Origin: Candidatus Hydrogenedentota bacterium
GTDB lineage: Bacteria; Hydrogenedentota; Hydrogenedentia; Hydrogenedentales; SLHB01
Length of the DNA stretch: 55,998 nt
Direction: 5' to 3'
NCBI GenBank assembly: GCA_045863315.1
Contig: BTUX01000002.1
Location: 1 to 55,998, forward strand
In this document: positions 36,769 to 45,588 of the stretch, in pieces
Numbering within the stretch: position 1 is the first letter of the stretch
Layout of the letters: each line of letters begins with the position of its first letter
Made by a program: the position numbers and the translations under genes
Notes under the pieces: generated by a model
The model's input: the letters and a program-made list of their open reading frames with translations, nothing else
What the model was told of the DNA's origin: nothing
Databases searched by the model: none

Positions 36769-36960
36769 CTAGCCCGGATTTTTCACACCCGCGGGCAATG
36801 AAGGATACAACTTCGTGCGGCACATACCTTTATGCAGCGACAGGAAAAACGGGCTGTTGGTGTGAAAAATCCTCACCCGATTGACTTCTATGCTATCTCC
36901 TGAGCATTTCTCACCAATCGCTCCCGTCATCGGGAGCGACTGGTGAGAAATGCGGGCTAG
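36769..36960 (+). mobile_element. MITE-like structured repeat, copy F
   Basis: CTAG...CTAG flanks. Differs from copy G at 4 of 192 positions. The right-hand CTA (36957-36959) is the complement of the phosphoesterase TAG stop. Confidence 0.85.
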
Positions 36961-38171
36961 TTCAGCGAGAACTGATCGATCGTCGCGCCTTTGTCGTCGA
37001 TGGCCTTGAATTCGAGGCCCGATTTCGACACGTTCACCACCCAGAAGTGCGCGGCGCTTTTCTCTTTCTCATTGTACCAGCGGGGCTGCGGATCGATAGT
37101 CCGAGGTCCCCGCCCGAAACAGCCGTCGCCGACGTACACCGTGCCGCCCTCTGCGACCTGATTGCCTTTCAGCGGTTTGGACCGTTTGAACACGTGATCG
37201 TGGTTCTCGAAGGCGACGGTGAGACCGTACTGGTCGAATAGGGGACCCCAATGCGTGCGGCCCAGCGCCGAGCCTGCGCCGTCAAAGGGCCGGTGCGCCG
37301 GATACAAGGGAACGTGGTACACCGCGAACTTGTATTTGACGTCTTTGTGTTTCTCGAGTTGCGCCTTTAGCCACTCCGTCTGGGCGCCGTTATGCGGGAC
37401 CAGGTGTCCCGAATCGAGAACGAAAAACGCGGCCAGATTTCCGAATTGCCGGCTATAGAAAAGGTTGTCGCCCTGCCGGCCGAACAGGCCGATATACCAA
37501 GGCGCGCGCAGTTCCAGATTGTCGCTCTGATACTGGTTCGTTTCGTGATTGCCGATGGCTGTCATGATCGGCACCATGCGACCGTCGGAGGTCACCATCA
37601 ATTCGTCCCAATTTTTCAGCCACTTGTCCCACGTCGCAAAGTCCCCGAGCAGACCGTTCACATACGCCAGGTCGCCGCCAATCACGCCGAAATCGGGGTC
37701 TTGTTTCCCGGCGAGTTTCAGCAATGGGATGACCAGTCCGTCCGCGCCCATGTCGCCGCCGCTGACGAACCGAAACGGCTCATCGCCGCCTGCCAGCGTG
37801 CGGAAGCGCCGCTCCTTCGACATGCCGTACTTCTGTTCGCCGGCGACGAAATAGTATGTCTTTCCCGGTTCGAGGTTTTTGAGTGCGGCGACGTAAAGCG
37901 TGCGCCGGTCGCTGATCTGCATCACAGCCTTGTGGTATTCCGCCTTCGCGCGATACTTGTACGCGCCGGTATTGCCTCCCCGCGACACCGTGTCGTAGTA
38001 GACATCGGCGGACTCGACGCGGTCGGGGAGAATGACGTTGATATCGATCGACCGCTCCGGCGCTCCCGAGTACGTGAGGTAAATATGCGACGGTTCGGCC
38101 GGCGCCGACACCGCCGCCAACACTGCGAACAAGGCAACCTGTGCGCGCACCATACAATAGACAGTTTTCAT
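36957..38171 (-). CDS. purple-acid-phosphatase-like metallophosphoesterase, exported
   Basis: 404 aa. Signal peptide, N-terminal FN3-like part, then GGDMGADG, GGDLAYVNG, GNHE and VYHVPLYP metallophosphatase motifs. Confidence 0.85.
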   Translation of the reverse strand: MKTVYCMVRAQVALFAVLAAVSAPAEPSHIYLTYSGAPERSIDINVILPDRVESADVYYDTVSRGGNTGAYKYRAKAEYHKAVMQISDRRTLYVAALKNLEPGKTYYFVAGEQKYGMSKERRFRTLAGGDEPFRFVSGGDMGADGLVIPLLKLAGKQDPDFGVIGGDLAYVNGLLGDFATWDKWLKNWDELMVTSDGRMVPIMTAIGNHETNQYQSDNLELRAPWYIGLFGRQGDNLFYSRQFGNLAAFFVLDSGHLVPHNGAQTEWLKAQLEKHKDVKYKFAVYHVPLYPAHRPFDGAGSALGRTHWGPLFDQYGLTVAFENHDHVFKRSKPLKGNQVAEGGTVYVGDGCFGRGPRTIDPQPRWYNEKEKSAAHFWVVNVSKSGLEFKAIDDKGATIDQFSLN

Positions 38172-38350
38172 TGTCGATTGGACCCCTTTCTAATTTAGCC
38201 CCGTTCCGCCGTTTCGTGGGAAGCGGCACCACACTATAAAACGAAGCCGACGCTTCGCGCCACCCAATCCGATCAGACGATTTTCGGCGCGGACCCCTTG
38301 CGCATGGCGTCGGCAGTCCCGCGCACGCGGGTCAAGGTGTTCACGCCGGC

Positions 38351-38542
38351 CTAGCCCGGATTTTTCACACCCGCGGGCAATGAAGGATACCACTTCGTGC
38401 GGCACATCCCTTTATGCAGCGACAGGGAAAACGGGCTGTTGGTGTGAAAAATCCTCACCCGATTGACTTCTATGCTATCTCCTGAGCATTTCTCACCAGT
38501 CGCTCCCGTCATCGGGAGCGACTGGTGAGAAATGCGGGCTAG
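38351..38542 (+). mobile_element. MITE-like structured repeat, copy G (used as reference)
   Basis: CTAGCCC / GGATTTTTCACACC / 69-nt loop / GGTGTGAAAAATCC / 31-nt linker / GCATTTCTCACCAGTCGCTCCCG-TCAT-CGGGAGCGACTGGTGAGAAATGC / GGGCTAG. Confidence 0.85.
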
Positions 38543-38834
38543 CCGGAACTCAACCAGATACTCCAAAAAAAGGCGGTCCGAATCCTGTTGAACGTCATCC
38601 ACGTGCTGGGCGAGCGCCTTGAGGCCGCCAATCTCCATATCGTCGAACACAAACTGGTCAGGGTCGAGTAGGCATCGGACAGTCATCTCGGGGTTTCGCC
38701 GAGGACGAGTGGGACTTCGTTCCCTGGCGGCGCGACCCGCGTCAGGGGAAGCGGAGTTTCGTTTCGACCCCGTCAAACGCTTATAATTCGGTCTTCCACG
38801 GCGAATCTTTTCAACTTGTCTCCAGGGGCATTTC

Positions 38835-40787
38835 ATGCGGTCTTGTGGAAGGTGGATCCGCACGCGACGGGCTGCGGCAGTTGTAATACTGTGCGGACGG
38901 GCTTGGGCGGATGCGCCGATCCTGCCCGCAGGAGTTTCCGAACGCCTCGCGCACCGGCAGGCCGACCTCGTGGTGGATCTGGGCGTGGGCCTGTGGGCCT
39001 ATCCGCTTCCCATGGACTTCGACGGCGACGGCGACCACGACCTGGTCGTCGCAACGCCGAACAAGCCGTCCAACGGCGTCTTTTTTTTCGAGAACAAGGA
39101 AGGCGACGTCAAGTTCCCCGTGTTCGAACGTTCTGTTCGCGTGAGCGACGCCGTCTTCGACCTCACCGTATCGTTTCCCCGAGGGGAGGCCGTGGTGCTC
39201 AGTCCCGAAACAAGGTATCCGCGGTTTTCGGAAACGGGCACAGCGGAAGGGCGACCCCTTGGAACCGAGGGGCCGCAGCTTGACGGCAAACTGCGCGGAC
39301 GGCAGTGGATGATGACCGACTACAATGGCGACGGCCGCGATGACCTTGTTGTAGGGATCGGGGTATGGACCGAATACGGATGGGACGACGCCTACAACGA
39401 GAAAGGCGAGTGGACGAACGGCCCGCTCCGGGGCTTTGTGTACGTATGCTTGAACGAGGGAGACGACGCGAGCCCCCGATATGCGGCGCCGGAGCAGGTC
39501 ATGACCGAAGACGGACCTGTCGACGTGTATGGCGCGCCGTCGCCCAACTTCGCGGATTTCGACGGCGACGGCGATCTTGATCTCGTATGCGGCGAATTTC
39601 TCGATCGGTTGACCTACTTCGAAAACATCGGTTCGCGAACGGGGCCGCGCTATGCCAAGGGCCGATGCCTCCAACACCAGGGCGAGGACATTCGCATGGA
39701 CCTTGAAATGCTCCAGGTCATCGCCATGGACTGGGACAAAGACGGCGACGTCGATCTTATCGTCGGGCAGGAAGACGGCCGCGTGGCCCTTGTCGAACAT
39801 GCGGGAGGCGTGGCGGACGGAATGCCGGTCTTTCTGTCTCCGCGTTTTTTTGAGCAGCGCGCCGACTTGCTCAAAGTCGGAGCGCTCAATACTCCGTCTG
39901 CATGCGATTGGGACGGCGACGGCGACGAGGACTTCATCGTCGGAGACACCGCAGGCTACATCAGCTTCGTCGAGAACTTGGACGGAGGCGATCCACCGGC
40001 GTGGGCAAAACCGGTCTATCTCGAGGCGGACGGGAAACGCATACGCATCCAAGCCGGGCCGAATGGTTCAATCCAGGGACCAGCGGAAGCGAAGTGGGGA
40101 TACACGGTGCCGTGTGTTGCTGACTGGAACCATGACGGTCTGCTTGATATCGTGATCAATTCCATCTGGGGCGAAGTGCTTTGGTACGAAAACGTCGGGT
40201 CCAGGACCGTCCCACGGCTCGCCGCCGCTCAGCCGCTCGAAGTGGAATGGGATGGATCGGCGCCGAAGCCGGAATGGAACTGGTGGGACCCCAAAGGCAA
40301 GCAATTGGTGACGCAATGGCGCACGAGCCCCGTCGTGCTGGACCTCGATCGCGACGGCCTGAACGATCTCGTGATGCTCGACCACGAAGGTTTTCTCGCG
40401 TTTTTTCAACGGCAACAAGGCGGCGCCGCTCTTCTGCTGCTTCCCGGAAAGCGCATATTCAAAGACGATGCCGGCAACTTGCTTCACCTTAATCCACACC
40501 GGGCGGGCAAGAGCGGTCGGCGAAAACTGACATTCGCGGATTGGGACGGGGACGGCAAACTCGATATCCTGATCAATGGGGACAGCATCGACCTGATGTT
40601 GAATGTCAGCTCGTCGCCGGACGAGTTCAATTTCCGCATGATGGGGTCCCTCGACGCGCGCAAGGTCGGCGGCCACACCACCTGCCCCACCACTGTCGAT
40701 TGGGATCGCGACGGCATCCCTGACCTGGTGTACGGTGCGGAGGACGGATACTTCTACTACCTGAAGAATCTCCGGTCCGCGAGGTAA
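38835..40787 (+). CDS. FG-GAP/VCBS repeat beta-propeller protein, exported
   Basis: 650 aa. Nine or more D-x-D/N-x-DG-x-x-D repeats (DFDGDGDHDLVV, DYNGDGRDDLVVG, DFDGDGDLDLVCG, DWDKDGDVDLIVG, DWDGDGDEDFIVG, DLDRDGLNDLVM, DWDGDGKLDILI, DWDRDGIPDLVY). Confidence 0.85.
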   Translation: MRSCGRWIRTRRAAAVVILCGRAWADAPILPAGVSERLAHRQADLVVDLGVGLWAYPLPMDFDGDGDHDLVVATPNKPSNGVFFFENKEGDVKFPVFERSVRVSDAVFDLTVSFPRGEAVVLSPETRYPRFSETGTAEGRPLGTEGPQLDGKLRGRQWMMTDYNGDGRDDLVVGIGVWTEYGWDDAYNEKGEWTNGPLRGFVYVCLNEGDDASPRYAAPEQVMTEDGPVDVYGAPSPNFADFDGDGDLDLVCGEFLDRLTYFENIGSRTGPRYAKGRCLQHQGEDIRMDLEMLQVIAMDWDKDGDVDLIVGQEDGRVALVEHAGGVADGMPVFLSPRFFEQRADLLKVGALNTPSACDWDGDGDEDFIVGDTAGYISFVENLDGGDPPAWAKPVYLEADGKRIRIQAGPNGSIQGPAEAKWGYTVPCVADWNHDGLLDIVINSIWGEVLWYENVGSRTVPRLAAAQPLEVEWDGSAPKPEWNWWDPKGKQLVTQWRTSPVVLDLDRDGLNDLVMLDHEGFLAFFQRQQGGAALLLLPGKRIFKDDAGNLLHLNPHRAGKSGRRKLTFADWDGDGKLDILINGDSIDLMLNVSSSPDEFNFRMMGSLDARKVGGHTTCPTTVDWDRDGIPDLVYGAEDGYFYYLKNLRSAR

Positions 40788-40809
40788 TCGGAGCGGTAAG
40801 GGCGCGGTC

Positions 40810-43140
40810 TTGGCAAAGAAAAAGAGAAGAGCGGCGACTTCCCCTTCCATTCCGGCTCCCGTATGGTCGCCCACTTCGCGCCAGGTGGCGCTGGGGTTGC
40901 TCGTACTCGTTCTCGTTGTTTTCGGCGACGTCTTCATCACCGCCAAGGACCTTGTGGCATCCAGCGTCGAGTTCGATGCGAAGATCTACTTCGCGCCTGT
41001 CCGCGAGTTCGCGTATGCCGAAATACTCAGTGGAAACCTTCCGCTGTGGAACCCTTATATTTTCTCCGGCGCGCCGTTTCTCGCAGGCATGCAATCGGCC
41101 CTGCTTTATCCGCTGAACCTGCACTACCTGATATTGCCCCTTGCGAAGTCCTTGAATGTCGAAATAACCCTGCACGTTTTCCTGCTGGGTTTGTTCATGT
41201 TTGCTTGGGCGCGAGACCGCGGCCTATCGACTACCGCTTCGGCGTTTTCCGCTACGGCCCTGATGTTCTCCGGCCCTTACTTCCTTCACGTGATGGCGGG
41301 CCACCTCACGCTCCTGGCCGCACTGGCCTGGACGCCGCTCGCGTTTCTCGCCGTAGACCGTCTGCTCGATACGGAGAGACCGAAGTGGATGTACGTGGGT
41401 GCGCTTGCGTTGACGATGTCCATTCTCGCCGGACACCCGCAAGGCGTGTTCTACACCATGGCGGTCCTAATCCCCTACGCGGTGCTTCGCTCGCTTCGCC
41501 GTTCCGGCAGCGGCAGGGTGATGGTCCCATTGGCCGGCTTGTTCGTCGCACCGCTGTTCCTGGCTGCGGCGCAGCTTTGGCCCGCCCTTGCGTTTTCGGG
41601 CGAGAGCGTCCGCGCCGGCGGCATCTCCTACGCCGCGGCAACGAGTTATTCGTTCCCACCCGAGAACCTGCTCACGCTGATAGTGCCCGCTTTTTTCGGA
41701 GATCATGTCCACACCTCCTATTGGGGGCGATGGGCCTACTGGGAAATGTCCGTCTTTTTGAGTGTCAGCGCCCTCTCGCTTGCCATGTACGCGATATTTG
41801 CCGGCGATAGTCGAACGCGATGGATGTGGCTGGGGTTCGCTGTCGCCTCGTTCCTAGTCGGACTCGGACGGTATACGCCGCTTTCATACCTGCTTTACTA
41901 CTTTATGCCGGGATTTGCTTCCTTCCGCAGCCCGTCCAAGGTCATCTTTTTCACCGTACTGTTCTTGTGTTTGCTTGCCGGTCACGGTTTGGATTCGCTC
42001 GTGCGCCGTCCGGGTCGGGCCCGAATTTTTGCCGCCGGCTCGGCCGTCCTGGGAGGAGGTCTGTTTGCCACGGCAATGGTGATTTACGTCATAACGCGCG
42101 GTGATGGCGAGCTGTGGCGCGGTGTGCTTAACCGAATGTATGTGCCCGGCGACGTATGGTGGGAGTTCTCCGATACGCTCGTGCAGGAATCTGCGGCGAA
42201 CGCCGTCCGATCCCTGATGGTGTCGGCCTTGACCCTGGCGCTTCTGGGAGGCCTGTATTGGGCGCGCGGGAAGACCCCATGGGCGGCGTATGGCGTCGCC
42301 GCCGTAGGTCTTATTGAGTTATTGGTGTTTGCGCGGGCATCGCGTCCCGTTTTTGACCTCGCCTCGACCCGGGTGGAACGGTACGACGCGATGCTGCGCG
42401 AACGGAAGGGAGACGGACGGGTCTTGGATGTGGCGACCGGCAATTATCTCATGCCGATGCGCGTGCCGGGGATGTGGGGATATGACCCCGCGGGCCTGCG
42501 GCGGTACCGTGAATTGCTCGCGCACACACAGGGGCCCCAACCCCTCTACGCAATCAACGAGGTCCGGTTCAATTCGTTTCATCCCTTGTTCGCCATGTTT
42601 CGATGCTACCTCGCGATTCAGTCGTCCGAACCTGACGAACGCACCTTTCCGCAAGACAACCCGCTGCCGCGGTTTCTCGTGTTGAACCGGTACCGAATCA
42701 TCGACGACGCGCACGAACGAATCGCCGCCGTCTGCGATCCCTCGTTCGACCCGCGCCAGGAAGTCATTCTGGAATCTCAACCCGACCCCCTGCCGGACGC
42801 CTCCGGTGCGACCGGGAGTGTGACGGTATTGGCGGAAACAACGGACTGCGTCGAAATCGAGGCCGAAATGTCAGGCGCGGGCATCCTCTTGATGACGGAC
42901 ACGTACGCATCCGACTGGCGGGCCGTGCCGTTACACGCGGGACCGCAGGCGGGCTACGCCGTCATGCCCGCCAACCATGCCCTGCGCGCCATTCCCTTGA
43001 GTCCGGGCAAACACCGGATTCGACTCGAATACGACCCGCCGGCGTTTCGGTACGGTATGTGGGTATCGGTGGCGTCGTTTGTCGCATGGAGTGGAGGGTG
43101 GGCGTACCATGTTCAGCGCAGGGCCCGGCCCAAGCCATGA
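40810..43140 (+). CDS. YfhO-family polytopic membrane protein (GT-C-like)
   Basis: 776 aa and multi-TM. N-terminal FAPVREFAYAEILSGNLPLWNPYIFSGAPFLAGMQSALLYPLNLHYL is the conserved YfhO-type region as I recall it. Confidence 0.75.
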   Translation: MAKKKRRAATSPSIPAPVWSPTSRQVALGLLVLVLVVFGDVFITAKDLVASSVEFDAKIYFAPVREFAYAEILSGNLPLWNPYIFSGAPFLAGMQSALLYPLNLHYLILPLAKSLNVEITLHVFLLGLFMFAWARDRGLSTTASAFSATALMFSGPYFLHVMAGHLTLLAALAWTPLAFLAVDRLLDTERPKWMYVGALALTMSILAGHPQGVFYTMAVLIPYAVLRSLRRSGSGRVMVPLAGLFVAPLFLAAAQLWPALAFSGESVRAGGISYAAATSYSFPPENLLTLIVPAFFGDHVHTSYWGRWAYWEMSVFLSVSALSLAMYAIFAGDSRTRWMWLGFAVASFLVGLGRYTPLSYLLYYFMPGFASFRSPSKVIFFTVLFLCLLAGHGLDSLVRRPGRARIFAAGSAVLGGGLFATAMVIYVITRGDGELWRGVLNRMYVPGDVWWEFSDTLVQESAANAVRSLMVSALTLALLGGLYWARGKTPWAAYGVAAVGLIELLVFARASRPVFDLASTRVERYDAMLRERKGDGRVLDVATGNYLMPMRVPGMWGYDPAGLRRYRELLAHTQGPQPLYAINEVRFNSFHPLFAMFRCYLAIQSSEPDERTFPQDNPLPRFLVLNRYRIIDDAHERIAAVCDPSFDPRQEVILESQPDPLPDASGATGSVTVLAETTDCVEIEAEMSGAGILLMTDTYASDWRAVPLHAGPQAGYAVMPANHALRAIPLSPGKHRIRLEYDPPAFRYGMWVSVASFVAWSGGWAYHVQRRARPKP

Positions 43141-43183
43141 TTCGATTCGTCCATACGTGGCCGGACGGCGTCGCCCAAGCACG

Positions 43184-45568
43184 ATGGCAAGCCACGCCAA
43201 ACCAGACGTCGTGCGCACGGGGCGGGAGCGCAAGCCCATGGCAATGAGGTCGACGCTCCACAGCCGCATCGCGTGGGCGCAATCGTATTCACGCACAGTC
43301 GCGTGTCTAATACTAATGGCGCTCGTGCTTCTCATGTTTGGCGATGTTTTATTCACGGCGCGCGATATCGTCGCGTCCCATAATCAGTACGACGCCAAGT
43401 GCTATTTCGCCGCCGTGCGCAGCTTCGGTTTCGACGAGATTCGCAACGGCAACCTCCCGTTGTGGAACCCGTACATTTATTCGGGTGCGCCCTTTGTCGC
43501 GGGTTTTCAGTCGGCGCTGTTTTACCCGTTGAATTTGCACTATCTCGTCCTACCGCTCGCCAAATCGCTCAACCTGGAAATCGTGCTGCACGTGGGTCTC
43601 GTTGGCGTGTTGATGTTCATGTGGGCGTGCGACCGCGGTCTGTCGACCAAGGCCGCGCTTTTCGCCGCCATCGTCCCCACGTTCTCCGCCCCGTTCTTCC
43701 TCCATGTGATGCCGGGGCACCTCACTATGCTGGGCGCCATGTCGTGGACCCCGCTTGCGTTTATGGCCGTTGACCGAGTTCTAGAGACGCGCCGTGTCTA
43801 CTGGGCCTTCGTGGGGGCGACGGCGCTCACCATGACCATTCTCGCCGGTCATCCGCAGGTTGTATTCTGTTTGCTCGTTGCTCTCGGACCCTACGCGGCG
43901 ATTCGCTGGATGCAGAACCCGCATCGGGCAACCGCCGCGGCACGGCTGGCCTTCCTGTTCGGTGCGCCCGTCTTTCTCGCGGCCGCGCAACTTTGGCCCG
44001 GCATCGCGTCAACAGATGAGAGCATCCGGGCCGGCGGCATGGATTACGCTGTCGCATCGAGCCTGTCGTTTCCGCCCGAGAATCTACTGACATTCTTCGC
44101 GCCCACATTCTTTGGCGATTCCGAAGCGACGACGTATTGGGGCCGCTGGGTCTACTGGGAGTCCTGTGCGTTCATCGGCGTGACCGCATTGTCGCTGGCT
44201 ATGTATGGAGTGGTCGCGGGCCGGCAGCGCGCCCGATACCTGTGGCTGGGCATGGCGCTCGGCGTGATTGCCGTGTCCCTTGGCCGGTACACGCCGTTGC
44301 ACCGCGCGCTGTACGCGGCGGTCCCCGGTTTCGACGCGTTCCGATGTCCGACCAGGCATTTGTTTCTGGCCGTGCCGTTTCTGGCGTTGCTGGCGGGCCA
44401 CGGTATCGATACGCTTTCACAACGCCCCAGGCGTGTGCCCGTATTGGTTTTCACCACGTTTGCCTGCGCAATTGCGATGTTCGTGGCGGCAGGTCTTGTC
44501 GTGTGGGCCGGTGGACAAGGAGATGCGGCGAGCGCATGGGCGCGCCTGTTGGCCTGGATGCACACGCCCGGCGAAAGCCGCTGGAAGTACAGCGACGCAT
44601 GGGTCGCGGCTTCGGCAAACCACGCTGTACGTTCCTTGATTGCAGCGGCGACCACAAGCACTTTGCTTGCCGTCCTGTATCTCGCCGCGCGTCGCCGGAC
44701 TTGGCCCGTCTACGCCATGATCGCCTTGGGAACGCTGGAGCTCATGGTATTCGCGCGAATCTCCCGGCCTTCATTTGATCTCGCGTCCCTCCGGCGGCCC
44801 GAACTCGAATCGTTTTTGCATTCGCAGGGCGGCGATTTCCGCGTGTTCGATCAGACGATCGAGAACTATCCCCTTGAGATCCGCGTTCACGACATGTGGG
44901 GATACGATCCCGCCGCCCGCCGCCGGTACACGCAACTCGTCGCGTATACTCAAGATGCTCGGGCGGAAACCGACTTGAACGAGTTCGGGTTCAAGCAATT
45001 TCATCCGCTGTACGCGATGTTTCGCTGCGAATACGTGATCATGTCGCGGTACAATCCCGACAACGTGGCCCGGCTTGCGAACGTGCTGCCACGGGCCCTG
45101 CTGATAGGCCGGTTCCGTGTGATCGAAGACGAGGACGAGCGCATCCGCGCCGTCGCGGATCATTCGTTTGACCCGAGGGACATTGTCATACTGGAATCCC
45201 AGCCCGATCCGGCGCCCGAGCCCGACGGAGCGGGGGGAGTCATACGATGTATAGACGAATCGACCGACCGCTTCATCGTCGAGGTCGAGGCAACGCGCCC
45301 CTCGATTCTGCTTATCACGGACTCCTACTCGAAGGACTGGCGGGCGACCCCGCTGTCGCAGGGACCTCAATCGCAGTACGAGATTCTACCCGCAAACCAT
45401 GCGCTGCGCGCGATACCGCTCGCCGCGGGGTCTCATCGGATCCGGTTCGAGTATGCGCCCCCCTCGTTCGCGTGGGGCATCCGGACGTCGATCGTCTCGT
45501 TGACCGTGTTCAACGCGGCCTGGATCGGTTGCCTTGTGTTCACGCCGCGACTACGGAAGCCGTCATAG
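43184..45568 (+). CDS. YfhO-family polytopic membrane protein, tandem paralogue
   Basis: Colinear with the preceding gene (FAAVRSFGFDEIRNGNLPLWNPYIYSGAPFVAGFQSALFYPLNLHYL). The start is uncertain: 43184 (MASHAK) or 43238 (MAMRS). The ORF-track start at 43079 overlaps the upstream gene. Confidence 0.75.
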   Translation: MASHAKPDVVRTGRERKPMAMRSTLHSRIAWAQSYSRTVACLILMALVLLMFGDVLFTARDIVASHNQYDAKCYFAAVRSFGFDEIRNGNLPLWNPYIYSGAPFVAGFQSALFYPLNLHYLVLPLAKSLNLEIVLHVGLVGVLMFMWACDRGLSTKAALFAAIVPTFSAPFFLHVMPGHLTMLGAMSWTPLAFMAVDRVLETRRVYWAFVGATALTMTILAGHPQVVFCLLVALGPYAAIRWMQNPHRATAAARLAFLFGAPVFLAAAQLWPGIASTDESIRAGGMDYAVASSLSFPPENLLTFFAPTFFGDSEATTYWGRWVYWESCAFIGVTALSLAMYGVVAGRQRARYLWLGMALGVIAVSLGRYTPLHRALYAAVPGFDAFRCPTRHLFLAVPFLALLAGHGIDTLSQRPRRVPVLVFTTFACAIAMFVAAGLVVWAGGQGDAASAWARLLAWMHTPGESRWKYSDAWVAASANHAVRSLIAAATTSTLLAVLYLAARRRTWPVYAMIALGTLELMVFARISRPSFDLASLRRPELESFLHSQGGDFRVFDQTIENYPLEIRVHDMWGYDPAARRRYTQLVAYTQDARAETDLNEFGFKQFHPLYAMFRCEYVIMSRYNPDNVARLANVLPRALLIGRFRVIEDEDERIRAVADHSFDPRDIVILESQPDPAPEPDGAGGVIRCIDESTDRFIVEVEATRPSILLITDSYSKDWRATPLSQGPQSQYEILPANHALRAIPLAAGSHRIRFEYAPPSFAWGIRTSIVSLTVFNAAWIGCLVFTPRLRKPS

Positions 45569-45588
45569 CAAGAAGGGACCCAAGGACG

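Noticed and set aside
38190-38405. Recurrent ORF-track peptides begin MPHEVVSFIARGCEKSGL or contain ISHQSLPMTGATGEKCSGDSIEVNRVRIFHTNSPFSLSLHKGMCRTKWYPSLPAGVKNPG. Examples are ORFs 9560-9808, 27169-27375, 28665-28955, 28862-29635, 36347-36823, 38351-38863, 45540-45755 and 45692-46039.
   Set aside because: These are translations of the antisense strand of the repeat, which happens to be open and ends at the terminal CTAG. Starts are inconsistent GTG/ATG codons outside or inside the element. The flanking parts differ in every copy. They are ORF-caller artefacts of a repeated noncoding sequence.
38358-38454. The P2 arms contain TTCACA and TGTGAA, which resemble Rex (TTGTGAA-N6-TTCACAA) or CRP/FNR (TGTGA-N6-TCACA) half-sites. 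A rex gene is present in the window.
   Set aside because: The half-sites are 69 nt apart and in the wrong relative order for a dimeric operator. No canonical Rex box was seen upstream of rex or elsewhere.
38380-38466. A 28-aa Cys/Thr-rich micro-ORF lies inside the repeat (MKDTTSCGTSLYAATGKTGCWCEKSSPD). It superficially resembles a multi-copy RiPP/lanthipeptide precursor.
   Set aside because: The ATG is present only in copies E-H. It is AAG in copy C, absent in copies A and I, and the frame is different in copy D. No leader peptide or modification enzymes are nearby. Nucleotide changes follow base-pairing (the CWCEKS codons are the P2 3' strand) rather than codon constraints.
38351-38542. The repeat could be a retron msr/msd, or a TnpB/IscB omega-RNA or IS110 bridge-RNA scaffold. 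It has a long hairpin, complementary 5' and 3' ends and a size of about 190 nt.
   Set aside because: No reverse transcriptase, TnpB/IscB or IS110 recombinase ORF is in the window. The element is multi-copy with TIRs and flanking direct repeats. I cannot match it to any scaffold consensus from memory. It remains only a remote possibility, testable by a genome-wide search for a partner gene.
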